From NCBI RefSeq assembly GCF_009914755.1, contig NC_060928.1: a stretch of DNA of 64,000 nt; one strand, given 5' to 3'. Positions 1-16,217 of the stretch are shown in pieces. Below the pieces are notes generated by a model. That model saw nothing but the letters and a program-made list of their open reading frames with translations. It was not told the DNA's origin and ran no database searches. Origin of the DNA: the human T2T-CHM13v2.0 reference genome, Homo sapiens. Made by a program: the position numbers and the translations under genes. How positions within the stretch are numbered: position 1 is the stretch's first letter; each line of letters begins with the position of its first letter.

Positions 1-269
<269 letters not shown>

Positions 270-289
270 CAGAAGGCCTCTTTCTCTGG

Positions 290-890
290 TGATACTGAAA
301 TGACAGAGTAGCCAGCCACGTGAAGGTGCCAAAGGTAAGGGCAAGTGCAAAGTCTCTGAGACAGGAATGAATGCAACACATTCCAGAGAGAAAAATGAGG
401 GCAATGGGGCAAAAATGTAGTCAATAAGGAGGAAGGAAAGATGAGAGGGTGCAGGATGTGAGGTCCAAGAAGATGGTGGGGCTGGATCCCATGGCTTTGG
501 AAGGCTAAGGAGGCAGACTATTGTCCTGCATGCCATCAGAGTGCTGTGAACTCTGGAATGTTTTAAGGAGTCAGGTCACATGATCTTATTAACATTTTAA
601 AATCTTACTGTGACTGTTGGGTGGAGAATGGACTGCAGAAGTCGGTGACCTTGGACATGGGCACACCAGCCAAAGAAGCTTCTGCAGTTGTCCAGGCAGG
701 AGATAATAATGGTGTGAAGTAGGGTAAAAGTGGTAAAGACAGTGAGAAGTGGCTAATTCAGAGAAATTTTTTTAAAGTAGACAGTATCAACAGGACTTGC
801 AGAAATACTGGATGGCGACACTATTAACTGATATCTAAGATGGGGGGAAGAGCAGTTTGGAGAGTTACGGGGAATTTCTTTTGGACCTGA
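290..890 (-). mobile_element. Decayed L2 LINE fragment
   Basis: L2-like phrases (ttaaaatcttactgtgactgttgggtggagaatggactg; gttgtccaggcaggagataataatgg). Boundaries approximate. Confidence 0.6.
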
Positions 891-1174
891 TAGTTGCAGA
901 ACAGTATATAGAGGATGACATGTTCCTATTTTTGTAGATAACAGAATTATAGTCTACCCAAAGGAAAAACTAGGAGCCATATATGTCAGGTTTATTAACT
1001 GTGTGCCACACTTTCCTTATCTGTTAGGTAGTGATAGCAAAGGTCCTACCATATTGCATTGTTGTAGATTACATGACTCAGTATATTCAAGAACACTTGG
1101 AACAGTGTCTGACAAATAGTGTTATTTAAATTCTGGCTATGATTAATTAGTATTTACCATTCCATCTATAATTC

Positions 1175-1317
1175 TTTTTTTTTAATTTTTTTTGTTTTTT
1201 AAAGAGACAAGGTCTTGCTCTGTTGCCCAGGCTGAATTAGAACTCCTGGTTTCCTGGGATCCTCCACCTCAGCTTCCCGAGGAGCTGGGACTACAGGCAC
1301 AAGCCACCACACCCAGC
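1175..1317 (-). mobile_element. Alu monomer (FLAM-like)
   Basis: T-rich tail followed by a single Alu arm (gagacaaggtcttgctctgttgcccaggctg ... caccacacccagc). Confidence 0.85.
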
Positions 1318-1839
1318 TAGATCTGTAGTTCTTAATGGTGGCTGCCATAATAGTGGACCTATAGGTAATTCTACCATTCTGTATTATATTCTTCTGTATG
1401 GCTTTTAATTTGTAAAACAATGGTAAGCAGAAGAAAGGGTTTTTAAAAAAATAATTTAAAATAATACCACAATAGCCATATTGTTTACTGTATACAGTAA
1501 ACAGAACTTTGTGTGCATATGGATTTCAACATTTCTTCTAAGAATTCTGGCTCCCCTGGTGTCTGCAGTGTATAGGTTGGGAACAGCCACATTATATCAT
1601 TAAGATAAATAATTATTGAGATTCAAATATATACTCTTTTATATACAGAACACTAAATCTAAGAAACAGAAGGATTTGGAAACCACCAATATTTTAAAAA
1701 ATACATTTAACAAACATAAATCAACCTTTAACAACTGTTTTACTGAAATTCTTATTTTCAATACACTTAAAACATACTTTAAAAAGCTCTTTGCTGCATT
1801 TCCTTTTGTTTTGAAAGGCTTATATTTTGAGTCACAGTG

Positions 1840-2137
1840 TTTTTTTTTTTTTTTTTGAGACGGAGTCTTGCTCTGTCGCCCAGGCTGGAGTTCAGTGGCG
1901 TGATCTCAGCTCACTGTAACCTCCACCTCCTGAGTTCAAGCGATTGTCTTCCTCAGTCTCCTGAGTAGCTGGGATTACAGGCACCCACCACCAAGCCTGG
2001 CTAATTTCTTCATATTTTTAGTAGAGATGAGGTTTCACCATCTTGGCCAGGCTGGTCTTGAACTCCTGACCTTGTGATCCACCTGCCTTGGCCTCCCAAA
2101 GTGCTAGGATTACAGGCATGAGCCACTGTGCCTGGCC
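1840..2137 (-). mobile_element. AluS SINE with TSD
   Basis: Full dimer; TSD ttgagtcaca at 1827-1836 and 2138-2147. Confidence 0.97.
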
Positions 2138-5100
2138 TTGAGTCACAATATTTAACCTGAAGTAGCTCCTTCTAATATTCTCATTATTTAGCGGGAATAT
2201 TTGAGAGCTGTTTTATGTTATATTTTCTTTTATGATATTATCTTTGCTGACAAATGAATCATTTATGTTTGGAAGATACTTCCTAACTAAATAAGGTTCA
2301 TCCTCTCAAGCCATGATTCACAATGCACTACAGATAAGAATTAAAGAATTGATGTACACCTTACAACCTGAGCTGTTTGAATAAAGTTACTGCTAAACTG
2401 AGAAAGTTCGAGGAGATAAATACCTTGGAAAATAATTAAAAATACCTTGGAAAATAATTTAAAGCACAGTGATGACAATTAGTCTTCCACAATTTACTTT
2501 TTTGTTTGGGGTACTGGTGCAAGATAAAATTGGAGCTGGGTCAAGAAAAAATTATGCCAAGTGCAGATGATGGCAAAACACACTGAGATCCAAAACTCAA
2601 GGAGCTGTACCTTAGAGACAATCACAGAAAATGGCCCAAATCATGGAGGGTCTCTAATGTGAGATTAAGTGTTAATGATTCTAGGACAAAGAGTTGAAAT
2701 GTCTGGTAAGCAACCAACAACGTGGCATGGAAAATGAAGAAATAGCTTTAAAAATCTACGACGTTAAAGGATACAATTAAGTGACTGATTACAACTTTTA
2801 ATATGCACAATAGAGACAATGAATGAAGGCCTAGTGAACTGAAAACTCCAGGGACCATTGGACAGGGCAAGCTTGAAAAACATGTTCGACAAGAGAAAGG
2901 CTGGAATGTAACTTAAAAGATAGGTTGTCCTCAGAGAGTAAGGACTCCATGTTCTGTTTGTGGAACAATGACTGACTGAGCCTACCCAAAAGCTGAAGTG
3001 AAGGGTAGAGAAGATCCTAGATAGAAATCTACAAAAAAACCAACATTTCCAGTTAGGCAGGGAAAGAAGAGCTTGCTAACAAACCTGAGGAAGAAAAGTC
3101 CAAGTGGGGGAGCAAGATAAGGCAGAATCTGGGAATCAAAGGGAGGAAAAAGCATCCATGGTGGACTGTGTGTAGTGTCAACTGCCAACAAGAGGACAAG
3201 ACTGAAGGCTCACCATGGGGATGTGGTCATTGTTGATACTGTTGACCTTATCGACGGTAGTTTTTAAGCATATATGCACATGTATAAGATGCATATGTAA
3301 ACTATATTAAAGTAAAAAAAAATCACTCCACATCTTTTCTATTAAGGATTTTCCATACTCAGGGAAGTTGTCTTTGTCATAAAACCATATCCGATAGTAT
3401 GCACTTGAGCATATACAGAATCTCTAAAAAGATCTAACATCAAATCATCTCTAGAAATATTTACCGAGCATGCATATGCCAATCAGCGGTTGCTGATACA
3501 ATGACTATATCTATGTACAAAAAACAAACAACAAAAACCCCCCCCAAAAAAACAAAACAAAACAAAACAAAAAAAACACCTGTGAGCACAATTTATTTGC
3601 CTCTGCAATCTGTGGCATGTGTGAGCATACTTATATTTATTATAAGTTATTCGGAATCCTCAGGGAAGGAATCATGAACTTACTGCCTCATCTGTAGATC
3701 AGTACTTTACAACATATATTTTAAGAAAATGACTACTAAATGCTTACTTGAATGTTTTTATTCATAAATACAGTGGCTTTGCTTTTGAAAAAGATTATAT
3801 ATGTACACATGTGTATGTGACATAATGTAACTTTTCCCCCTTTAATATTATCCTTACATTAAGATACAGACTTAGATGCTGATACAGATGGCATGAGACG
3901 CTGAGGACTGATGGGTACCGGACCTAATGTGAATCTTGAACACAAGTTATTTAGAGGTTACTGATTTCAGCATTTTTTTTTTTTTGCTTACCACATTTTC
4001 AAAAAGTTGATGTAAAACATGCTTCATCATGCTGACCTTTCTCAGCAACAAAATATGGCTTCTTTCTATAAATGTAATTAACAAATCAAAGCTTCAAACA
4101 TCTTTTTCCCCTAGTGTTTTTCCTCACATTGTAGAAATAATCATTTTCCTTGCCCTTGGTACTGCCCTCTCAATCCACCTCTTACTGATGCTGTGTGTGA
4201 CTGAGACACAAGAACACAGACACTGTTCCATCGGTCCACTTGCACCCTCTCTTCTACTTCTCTTACACTAAGTTTTTCACAAAGGATAAAAGGATATCTT
4301 TTATTATTTCAGAAATTTACATGAGAACACGTTTACAGAAGCTCATTCTAAAAATCTATAAATACTTCACAGTCATTAATGACAATTAATGGCAATGTTA
4401 TAGTGCTTTTGCTGACATGACACCATGCCATATTTATTTCAAACCTACTATCTGACTTTGAGTGGAATTACCACTCCTCAAAATATTTAAAATGGTATGT
4501 TAAGATGACATCAAAGAATGTGTTCAAATAAATCATCAGTGAAGTCTTTTGGTATTTTTTCATTAAGAATTCCCCCAGCAGAAAACAGTAGAGGCTTTAA
4601 ATAAGAGCAACAATAGGGCACTAGTCAGTAGATTTGGATGACTGACTCTGCAAAGAAATTCAGAGCCACCTTTTCTAGTCTAGCCCCAATATACTTCAGG
4701 ACTGATGAATCATTGCTGTACTATTCCAAAAACGGTTTCCTATGCTCACTTTTAACTGAGCTGCCACAGGAAATAGTTGTTTCCTACCTGTTTTCAAATC
4801 CTGATTGCAAAATCAGGAATTCCTTATGGTTCATTTTAACACATTTCTGACCTCTGGCTTTAATGATAAAACCAGATTCTGCTATAGGATAGCATTTCCA
4901 ATTAGATAAAAATTATTCTTTACTATTATGTGGGCAATAGTGCTCTACTAAGTATGGTGGTCATAGGTCTTCAAGGGTAAACATTAAAGTATGGAGGTGA
5001 AGTTGGAAACTGCTTCTTCCACTCCCAGACAGTAGAGTTCTCTTCCATGATCACATTCTCCACGAATTTGAGCTGTTATTTTTAAAATTCTTATTGTTGT

Positions 5101-8100
5101 TATTATTTTCATATGCTTTGCTTTTTTTTCTGATCCATTTCACTGTTTCCACTTTTCAAGGGAAAATGCTCCTTTAAAAATGATTTTAATAAACCAAACT
5201 GAATGCTCATTTCCTGACTTGGCATGACCAGAACAATGAAGGAATCCTGAGTACTTTCTTTGGGTCTTTGTTTTTCTCAGGGTTTGAAGTTTGGGGTTGT
5301 TTCTTTGACTTCCTCCCTCCACAAATACTTGAAGCCTAAGGTTTCAGAAAGGCTGTTTTTTGGCCACTAAGATTTTCGGCACACACTGAACTAGTGCTGC
5401 TCCATGTGGCCACACGAAAGTACATAAAAATATAATATTTATTTCCTTAGCCACCATCTTTTCTAGATGTCTTGCACGCTACTCTATTTTTAAGGAAAAT
5501 TTTTTTAAAAAAAGCAAAAACTACCAAATACTCTACCTCTTTCCATCTCTGTCCCCTTTCCACCTGCCCGCATCCTCCTCTCATATATATTTTGGCTTTG
5601 AGAAAAAAACTATCACTATTAGAGCCGTGGGTATACTTGGCCCTTATTAGAACAGATATTAAAATTATTTAAACATTTAATTTAAATTAAAAGGACTATT
5701 TAGATATTTGCCAGTGGTTGGAGTGGAAGAAGAAAGAACTAATCAGGGCCTGGCTTCTTTCTAGCTCATTCATTAGCTAACTAGTACCTCCCTCTTCACC
5801 TGATTTCTGTTGCTGTCCTGGTATTAAAGAATAAGGATAGTTACTTCCAAATATCCACCTAAACCTGTAGATTATATATTATGAGCAATAAGCAGGTATT
5901 GAAACAGTTATCTTCTCCCTCTATTTATTTATTCAACACAACTACTAAGCAACTAATGTATACCAGGCACTGTTCTAGGTCTCTTGATATGTATCAACTA
6001 ACCAAACACACAAAAATCCTGATAATTAGAACTCATATTCTAGTATGAGGGAATAGCAAGGGGTGGTGGCGGTTTGCAGACAAATCCCTCCTGGAAAGTA
6101 AAGGAATATTAATATATACATTAACTTCTATGACAATTCCGCATTACCTCCTCACTCTTACAAAAATGTATCAAGCCTGTTTAAAATAGCTTTTCTTGAA
6201 AGCAAGAAAAATCAAAATGAAAGTTCCAAATTCAGTTAACTCAATGTAACATCTGTTTCTTACAAATGAGATAAAAATCATGTAGATTCAAGAAAGTGCT
6301 CTCAGGAGTACTGAGTGAGGATTGAATTAGATACCTTTATTATTTAAGCCTGTGGTGTGTGTGTATAAGTGTGTGAAAGGACCCTTGGAATTTATTTAAG
6401 TCTATATTCTAGTCTTTTCTTGCCTTCAGTGACATGTGGTAGTCCTTCAAATAAAAAGACATCCATATTTTTACTACTGGCTTTACTGCTCAATTTAAGT
6501 ATTTTCCAAGGTTACAAAAATTTGTACTTAAAAACGATAACTGTTAAGTATACCAAAATAACTTTCATCTTTTGCCTAACACTCTTAAAAGCAATTACGG
6601 ATGTTTTTTTCAGAAGTTTTTAAAATAAAAGTTAGGCTTTTGTCTTTGGCGCAGGTCTGAGAAAAGATGAAAAAGGTTTTGAAAACAAGGCAAATGGGAT
6701 ACATATCAAAGCAAACATGATATTGTTTAGGGGTCAGAAGTAAGTAGTTCCACTGGCATTTGCAAAAAAAAGAAAAAGACTTCAGTATACCTATAAATAG
6801 TGATAGAAAAAGATAAAGAAGTTGAAGTAGGCTGTTTCTTTCGTTTTAACTGCAAGAAGGCAAGAAATAGTGAAGTACCTTTGATCAGTCTTGCTTCAAA
6901 TGTCTTCGTGCCATGTACCGGGGCCAGATGAGAAAAAGAAGGATAGTCATCAATACCACCTGACCACCCACCACAAAGATATGAGTGAGCCTGGCCTTTC
7001 TCCCTCCATTTTATTAAATGGAAATACCTAAAGTCAGATGGATGAAATCTCCTATGTTTGATTTCAATGCCACTGGAACATGAAATTAGGATTGCTAAAT
7101 GTTTCGACTAGATTTCAAGGACATTATATCAAGGACATTATATCTTCGTCTATTAAAACTGTACCACCAATGCCTGTTTATGATGAAGATTTTGAAATCT
7201 ATGGCAATATTCCCTTTCTTGTGCTTGAAACAATGTATACAGAATATTTACTCTTTGTGAGAAAGAGATTAATATTTTGAAACATAAGTGACAAAACACA
7301 CATGTATACACACATGTATATACCTAAGCAACAATTACCAAGCTTTAAAGATTATGGTCGCTAAATTTTTTTATATATAGTAAAATAATGTTAAGGGATC
7401 AGATGGCATGTTGGGTTTTTTTTCTTAATTTAGTAAAACTTACCCAAACTGAAATATAATTTTCAAAGAGCTACAAAAAACAAGGGAGTCAGCCCCAGGG
7501 GTGCTGGCTGTGTTCCCAGCACAGTGTATCACAAGGACAGGAGGGAACTTAGAAGAGCCAACACAGACACGAGAAGGAACACAGGGCTGAGACAGCAAGG
7601 TAGTCAGGAAGCAGAAAGACAACCAGAAGCAGAGAAGGTACACACCAGGTCAAGGCTAGGAACTAGCTAGAGCCAGTGGGCACAGAGCATGACTAAGGCA
7701 AAGCTCCAAGTTGGAAGGGCTATCAGAAACCAGGCAACAGAATCACGGTGATCCTGCAGTGTGCACAGGGGGGTCACGCTGTGGAGCAAGAGATAAGGCA
7801 GCTGGTGCAGCTGGGGTGGAGTTGGGGGAAAGATGTGGATAACAATGTCAAGGGCAGATAAACTTTGAGGTCTGTAGAAGCCAGCTTCACACTAGGAGCA
7901 CTGGAACCCAGCCCTGGCCACGTACACTCAGCAAAAGAGAAAGCAGTGGGCTTGACAGGTAATAAAAGGCAGCTCATGAGAAAAAAAAAAAAAAGGTAAT
8001 ACAGGTGAGAAAAGAAAGGGAGAGAAATAATATCTTTGTAAAAATAACAAGTAGCCAGAAGCAGCAAAAACTTTCCAAACATAGTAAGTGTTTTACGGGA

Positions 8101-8253
8101 TCTCCCGTTAAGAACAAATGGTGTTCAAAAAGAAAAATGGCAAATAATTTATTGAAGTCTTAGAAAGACAGGTGTATATAGGTTTAGTCAGCAAATTTAC
8201 CTCACAATGGCATGTATTTTCAAGAAAAATAATGGCACAGATAAATTTGAGAG

Positions 8254-8930
<677 letters not shown>

Positions 8931-9326
8931 GAGATAAAGGGCATATAATTCTAAAGTACACATCTAACTTCACTGTTTATCTTCTAAGCAGAGAAAACTA
9001 TTTTTAACTTAAACAATTATAGCCACACTAAATGGAAAGATCATTAGAAATTTGCTTATGACACAGTTGCAAAGGGTTACTTTAAAGTACACAGGTCAGT
9101 TGATGACTTTTTCTAATAAGTGTAAGGAATTAAATGTAGGAAATAGATTTGTTAGGGTGGAAGAAAACTTTCTACTGTACATTTGTAGGGTAAGAAAATC
9201 TGTTGAGGTCTAAAATTAAGTCTAAAAGGGCTTACTTTTATTTCCAAAATATAAATCATAAAAGCAAAGAAGACATTATGAGGAATTCAATTTACTATAA
9301 AGTAGATAAGCCAATCTTATCTTATC

Positions 9327-9620
<294 letters not shown>

Positions 9621-10280
9621 TGCCAATCTTATCTTATAAATAATAGAAAATATGAACCATAATGAAAATAACTAATATTATCATATGCTATACAACCATC
9701 AGGGAAAAAAACTGGAGTTCCCAAGAGTCAAGGGACATCAAGCGATTTTGAAGAAATTTCGAATTCAATTCCTGAAATAGGGAAAAGTATTTCAACTTAG
9801 GGTTTTTTTTAAAACAAACATAATGTATGACACATTATGTATTAACATAAAATGCCATCATAATAAAGATGGGATGATCTGGGTTACAAAATTCCATAGT
9901 ACTATTTAAATATTATTCATAAGCCCCCTTACTCTTACAATGTGTTAAAATCATTCCAAAATGTACAGAGCACAGTGAGCCCAATGTAAGATTTTCACCT
10001 GACTCAGAATCTTGGAGTCCTTATTGTGAACCTTTTATGAGAGTCTTAATATGTTTGACCCTGAAAATTTCCTGGAATAGGAGAAGGAAGGCACGTGCAG
10101 TGGGGGACACCAGAAGAGTGAGGTGCTATTTTGTTGATTTCCTATTAAATACTAGAATTCTGCATATAAATTAGGAATTACAGGTTCTGATTCATTTGGA
10201 TATATTTGCCTGTATGGTTTTTTCAATGTTATTTATATACCTACAACTCTGATGTGCATCTTATCATTTGCATTTTACAG

Positions 10281-10321
10281 ATCTTGATGTAGACTCAGAA
10301 TACACTAATGAAAGACCAAAG
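10281..10321 (+). other. Candidate 41-nt plus-strand exon
   Basis: Acceptor tttgcattttacag, donor AAG|gtagga; one open frame (LDVDSEYTNERPK). No partner exon identified. Confidence 0.2.
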
Positions 10322-11326
10322 GTAGGAGAGTTTATCCTTACTACTCAAAAGAGTTACAGGAAGTTAAAAGACTTAGTATAAAATTAAACTAATACTGGTA
10401 TTACAGTACCTTAGAAAGAGATTTCCTCTTTCTAATGATAGGTACAGTCCCAGCAAACTTTACCCAAAATCTAGAAAAAGGGCTATTGTCTGATAACAAC
10501 AGTTACATAATGGTGCTCATTTAGCAAGTGGAACTGAATGAAAATAGGTAAGTATGGGCAACCTCCTTTTCCCACAATCAGTAATAGGCTGTTCCCGAGA
10601 AACAAACGTCAATCATTCAAATGTGTACTACAATCTCCTATTGTTTGTTCAAGAGAAAAGTGCGGTAGCACTTCCAAAGTATAAGGGGAGACAATGGTTT
10701 TATTATTTTTCTTTTATACTATGAAATCCTTCATGGCTAATTTATAACATGAATACCATAACCTAGGGATAAATGTCTTTTATAAAGTTTCAAGAATATT
10801 GACAGCTGTCTTTTACTCCAGTTAAAATGCCTGATTACATTTGTTTATTATTTCAAGCAAACTCTGAACACAATTTACTGTATGTTCAGTAACTTAGTAA
10901 CATTTAATCACATTTATTTCACTTGATCTTTAGAAACAAAAGAAATCAAAATATTTTTCAATATCTTCTGTACTAGTCTTTAAAAATAAAATATTTTACG
11001 GGAACTGGATATATAGCAGCAAACTGAAGATCGAGATCATCTTTTTCTTTTGGTAAATGTTGGCATAAAATTCTACAAATCAGAATAGTCTCATAAATAA
11101 AAGCTTAAATTTCATCTCTAAAAAAGTTCAAGTCTGTTACTTTGCAATATTAAGATAACGAATACCTGAAGAGGATATTCATAAACTATTAAAACAACAT
11201 GAATCATTGCTGTATAGAAAATAATGTACCTTCGAATCCTCATGGCTACAGATCATCCTCATAGGCAATATGAAGTTAAACTATTCAAATCTCTAGCAAA
11301 TTGATCTACATCAAAAACATATGTAA

Positions 11327-11502
11327 GCCCAAGCACAGTGCTGCATGCCTGTAGCCCAGCTACTGGGGAGGCTGAGGCATGAGGATTGCTTGAGCCCAGG
11401 AGTTCAAGTCCTACCCGAGCAACACAGCAAGACCCCATCTCTAAAAATAAACAAGTTCATGATCAGCCTGGGCAACACAGTAAGACCACATCTCTATTAA
11501 AA
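11327..11502 (+). mobile_element. FLAM monomer with a second copy of its 3' part
   Basis: Alu monomer ending ccccatctctaaaaat, followed by agttcatgatcagcctgggcaacacagtaagaccacatctcta. Confidence 0.85.
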
Positions 11503-11918
11503 CAAATTTTTAAAATAAACAAAAAATAGTATTAAATAAAAAGTGATGTGTTCTTTTATTTGCAATCTAAAGTTCAAGCAAGTAACAGGGAATAAAAGTT
11601 GTACACAAATGGTGACCAAATTTAAAATAATCTGTACCTCAGGAAGGTTGCTCCCATGACCCCACCCCACACCAGCATTCATGCCAGACACCCTGCTAGC
11701 TTTGTATCAAGGGCCATACTAGTCATCAGCACCCAAAGCCAAATGCACAGGCCAAGACCCAGAAATGCAGGAGACAGCTCTTCACCTATAGGGCCTCAGG
11801 AAAAGAAGGCCCAAAATGTGAGTCACGAAATGAATTATCCTCCAGGGAAACAACATGTATTCTCCAAAAGGAGAATACATTCCTAGCATCCCAAGATGGA
11901 ATTCTATGCTATTAATAA

Positions 11919-12288
<370 letters not shown>

Positions 12289-12449
12289 AGAATCACGTTT
12301 TGAAATATAACCTATTTGTAAAGTAAACACAGCTCACATTCATATGTACTAAATGATGTGCAAAAAACTTTCCCAGGACCCTAGTCTGATTACAAATGGT
12401 AACTCAAGAAGACTAAATAGGAATGCATGACCATAAACATAAATAAATA

Positions 12450-12490
12450 CACGTGCGTGCGCGCGCACACACACACCCACACCCACACCC
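12450..12490. repeat. Alternating purine-pyrimidine (GC/CA) microsatellite
   Basis: cacgtgcgtgcgcgcgcacacacacacccacacccacaccc. Confidence 0.8.
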
Positions 12491-12768
12491 ATTTTTAAGT
12501 TTTGGATAATGCCTGGTTCTTCTCCCCTACCACACTCCAAATCCCTTACCCTTCAAGAAAGCTCAGTTTTTATGGCTTTGTCAAGAAATTCCTCCTTAAG
12601 AAACTTTGGTGACAAACGTACTAGATTCTTAATTTTAAAACACACATATACCCACATTCGTTAACATATGCAGACTACTATATTTCACACTACTAGGTAA
12701 AGAGACAAAGTATGTATTTACTAAAATGCAAACTACTCACCAATAACCACCCTTAAAAAAAAAAAAGT

Positions 12769-13068
12769 GGCTGGGCATGGTGGCTCATACCTGTAATCCC
12801 AGCACTTTGGGAGGCTGAGACGGGTAGATCACCTGAGGTCAGGAGTTCGAGACCAGCCTGGCCACATAGTGAAACCCCGTCCCTACTAAAAATGCAAAAA
12901 ATTAGCTGGGCGTGGTGGCAGGCGCCTGTAATACCAGCTACTTGGGAGGCTAAGGCAGGAGAATTGCTTGAACTCAGGAGGCGGAGGTTGCAGTGAGCCG
13001 AGATTTCACCATTGCACTCCAGCCCAGGTGACAGTTCAAGACTCCGTCTCAATAAATAAATAAATAAA
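12769..13068 (+). mobile_element. AluS SINE
   Basis: ggctgggcatggtggctca ... actccgtctc followed by a (AAAT)n tail. Confidence 0.97.
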
Positions 13069-13608
13069 GTTCTGGCTTTGAAACTAGTCTTGAATTTTGA
13101 ACACAAGTACTGTCAAAGGGTGAAAAAAATCAAGATTGATTTCTTGGCTTGTGAAATAGGTAAATTTCACCCTAACATGTGGAGGAAAAATTGCAGAAGC
13201 TGTTATCTGAAGACAAAATAATGAGTGATTAAATTAGACCGAAACTTGGTGGAGGACAGAACACTAAATGAAGGCAAGCTTTAATTCCTTTTCTTCACAT
13301 TATTGGATGAGCGATAACTATCGAGAATATGCATTTTATGCCAGGCTTATGGAAAGAGGAAACAAGACACTAAAAATTCATGACTAACAATTCAAAATTA
13401 AAATATGAGCAAAGCCAAGCCCTAGGTCTTCCATTTCACAGTATCAACCAGAAAGATTCAAAGTCTTTACATAAAAGCAATGCATATGTTAACAAATTTG
13501 AATATAAACATAAAATGCACTTATTATCCTTGAGGTAGGATGAAGTAAGAATTTAACTTTAATCAAATCAAGCATTGCATACATTCTGTACTACACTGTT
13601 TAAAGTAG

Positions 13609-13912
<304 letters not shown>

Positions 13913-14400
13913 TTAAAGTAGTAATTTCAGTTGGCTTAAAACTGACAAAAATATCTTATTTTTACCCTAAAATAATCTGTTTGCATCAGGAAAATGTAAA
14001 CTTAATAACAGTAAATAAACCTAGCCTTTAACAAAATTTCACTGAGCTCCTATGGGAGAATAAATCTAGTTTTCAACAACTGTTAAAAGAAATCTTAAAG
14101 CATGCTATATTTTCATAATTTTTCTGAAGTGCACTTTTGGCTAACTACTGTCAGACTTAATGTGATCCTATTTCCCTGGAGAAATAAAAATGACTTGTTC
14201 TGCAATTTTTCAATTTATAAATACAGTTACTTATTCACCTAGATGGGTTAACATGGGAAGAAAGTTACAAGCAATACCGAAAAGAATGTCAATTACAGTA
14301 AAGAAAAAGAAAACAGTGTACACAGAAATAACAAGAATGGGAGTTTTCACATTGCCTTAGCATATCAAGTATGTATTAATAATAAAATTAATTCTCTTAC

Positions 14401-14693
14401 TTTTGAGACAAGATCTTACATTATTGCCCAGGCTGGAGTGCAGTGGTATAATCAGGGCTCACAGCAGCCTCAACATCCTAAGCTTAAGTAATCCTCCCAT
14501 CTCAGCCTCCCAAGTAGCTGGGACTACAGATGTGAACCATCACACCTAACTAATTTTTTTATTTTTATGTTTTGTAGAGATAGGGTCTCACTATGTTGTC
14601 CAGGCTGGTCTTGAATTCCTGAGCTCAAGCACAATCCTCCTGCCTCAGCCTCCCACATGTGGGGATTACAAGTGTGCACCACTGCACCTAGCC
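14401..14693 (-). mobile_element. AluJ SINE
   Basis: Diverged dimer with J-type motifs (gggtctcactatgttg; gagctcaagc). Confidence 0.93.
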
Positions 14694-15902
14694 TAATTCC
14701 GTTTTAGAATGCGTATACACCTGTGCATGAGCTGTTTCCTCTGGTAAACTCTATATAAAGCTAACAGTCACAGATTAATGTGTGTACTAATTCCTCTTTT
14801 AGACGAATCTTTATTAAACCATGTTTGAGAGAACAGTTAGAGCTTAGCTGAGAAAGCAAGGAGCAAAAAAAGAAACTGAGTCCCAGTCTCCGCTCCTTGG
14901 GCTAGAGCTGTGGCACCTGCTAGAGACATTTTCTTGAGAATTCCACTTAGTGTCTGTCCCTCCCTTCATCTCCTGAGACTTCATTCTTTTTCCCCAGTTC
15001 TCTAAGTTCACAAGGACCCCTCTCTGCTTTTTCTTTATCCCTGTTCTAGTTATAACCTCAAAAGGAGAGGAGCAGACTGTGGTACTAAGAGCAGCAGACT
15101 TGGGGAAAAAGCGGGTGAAAGATAAGAGAAAGCATATTTTATTTTCCTCCACGAAACCAGTATCTGCAGTTATACGTAAATGCAGGGAAAACCGTTTAAA
15201 CTGTAGTTACTTACATGTAACTGAAATAAAAGTTTCAAATTATTCAAACATAGTTGAGTGCTATGGTTCTAGGAACTAACACAGTGACTTACGTCCTTTC
15301 AATGAAAAACAAAATGGGCAAATAATGTATATTTCCATAATTTCAATCACTACCAAATATATTTACATTTCTTCCTTCACAAATTTAGCAAATTTGACTG
15401 CAAAACATTGAAATACTCATTATATATCTTAAAGCTTCAAAAATCAGTGTTTCCTAAGATATACCCTGTACTTTGTGCTTTCTTATTTAAGGTCCAATCT
15501 TTGGCCTGAGCTTCACTGCTTCTTTTTGCCTCATGAGGAGATCTAGCTCAATAACCACATTCTCTGAATTTTCATTTTCTATACTCATTATACCTCTCGA
15601 TTCAGTCTAGCAAACATCTGTGTTATGTTATGTCAACAAGTATCCTTGCTGTGCAGGGCATCATGCTAAATGCTATAGGAGACGGAAAGATGCTCCTGTC
15701 CTTTGGAGGAACTAATAAGAAGTACAAACATATGTAAAGATAACCATGTATAATATTCATGAGTGCTACAAAATACATAGAAATGGAGTCATGGAAACAG
15801 TCTGGTAAGAGATTAATTCATTGCAGAGGCAGTGATACTTGAAGTGGGCCTTGAAGCATTGGTAAGATTTTAACATCTAAAAGTTTTCATTAAGTTTTAT
15901 GA

Positions 15903-16217
<315 letters not shown>

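Noticed and set aside
2420-2461. Short tandem duplications (21-22 bp here; 14 bp near 7117; 18-mer repeated at 50421 and 50458)
   Set aside because: Ordinary slippage-type duplications common in mammalian DNA.
3517-3577. Orphan A/C-rich tract as the tail of a processed pseudogene
   Set aside because: No convincing TSD and no recognisable upstream mRNA or small-RNA body.
5648-5665. Short similarity (tagaacagatatt) to the L1-transduced segment
   Set aside because: Only 13 AT-rich bases with no extension; compatible with chance.
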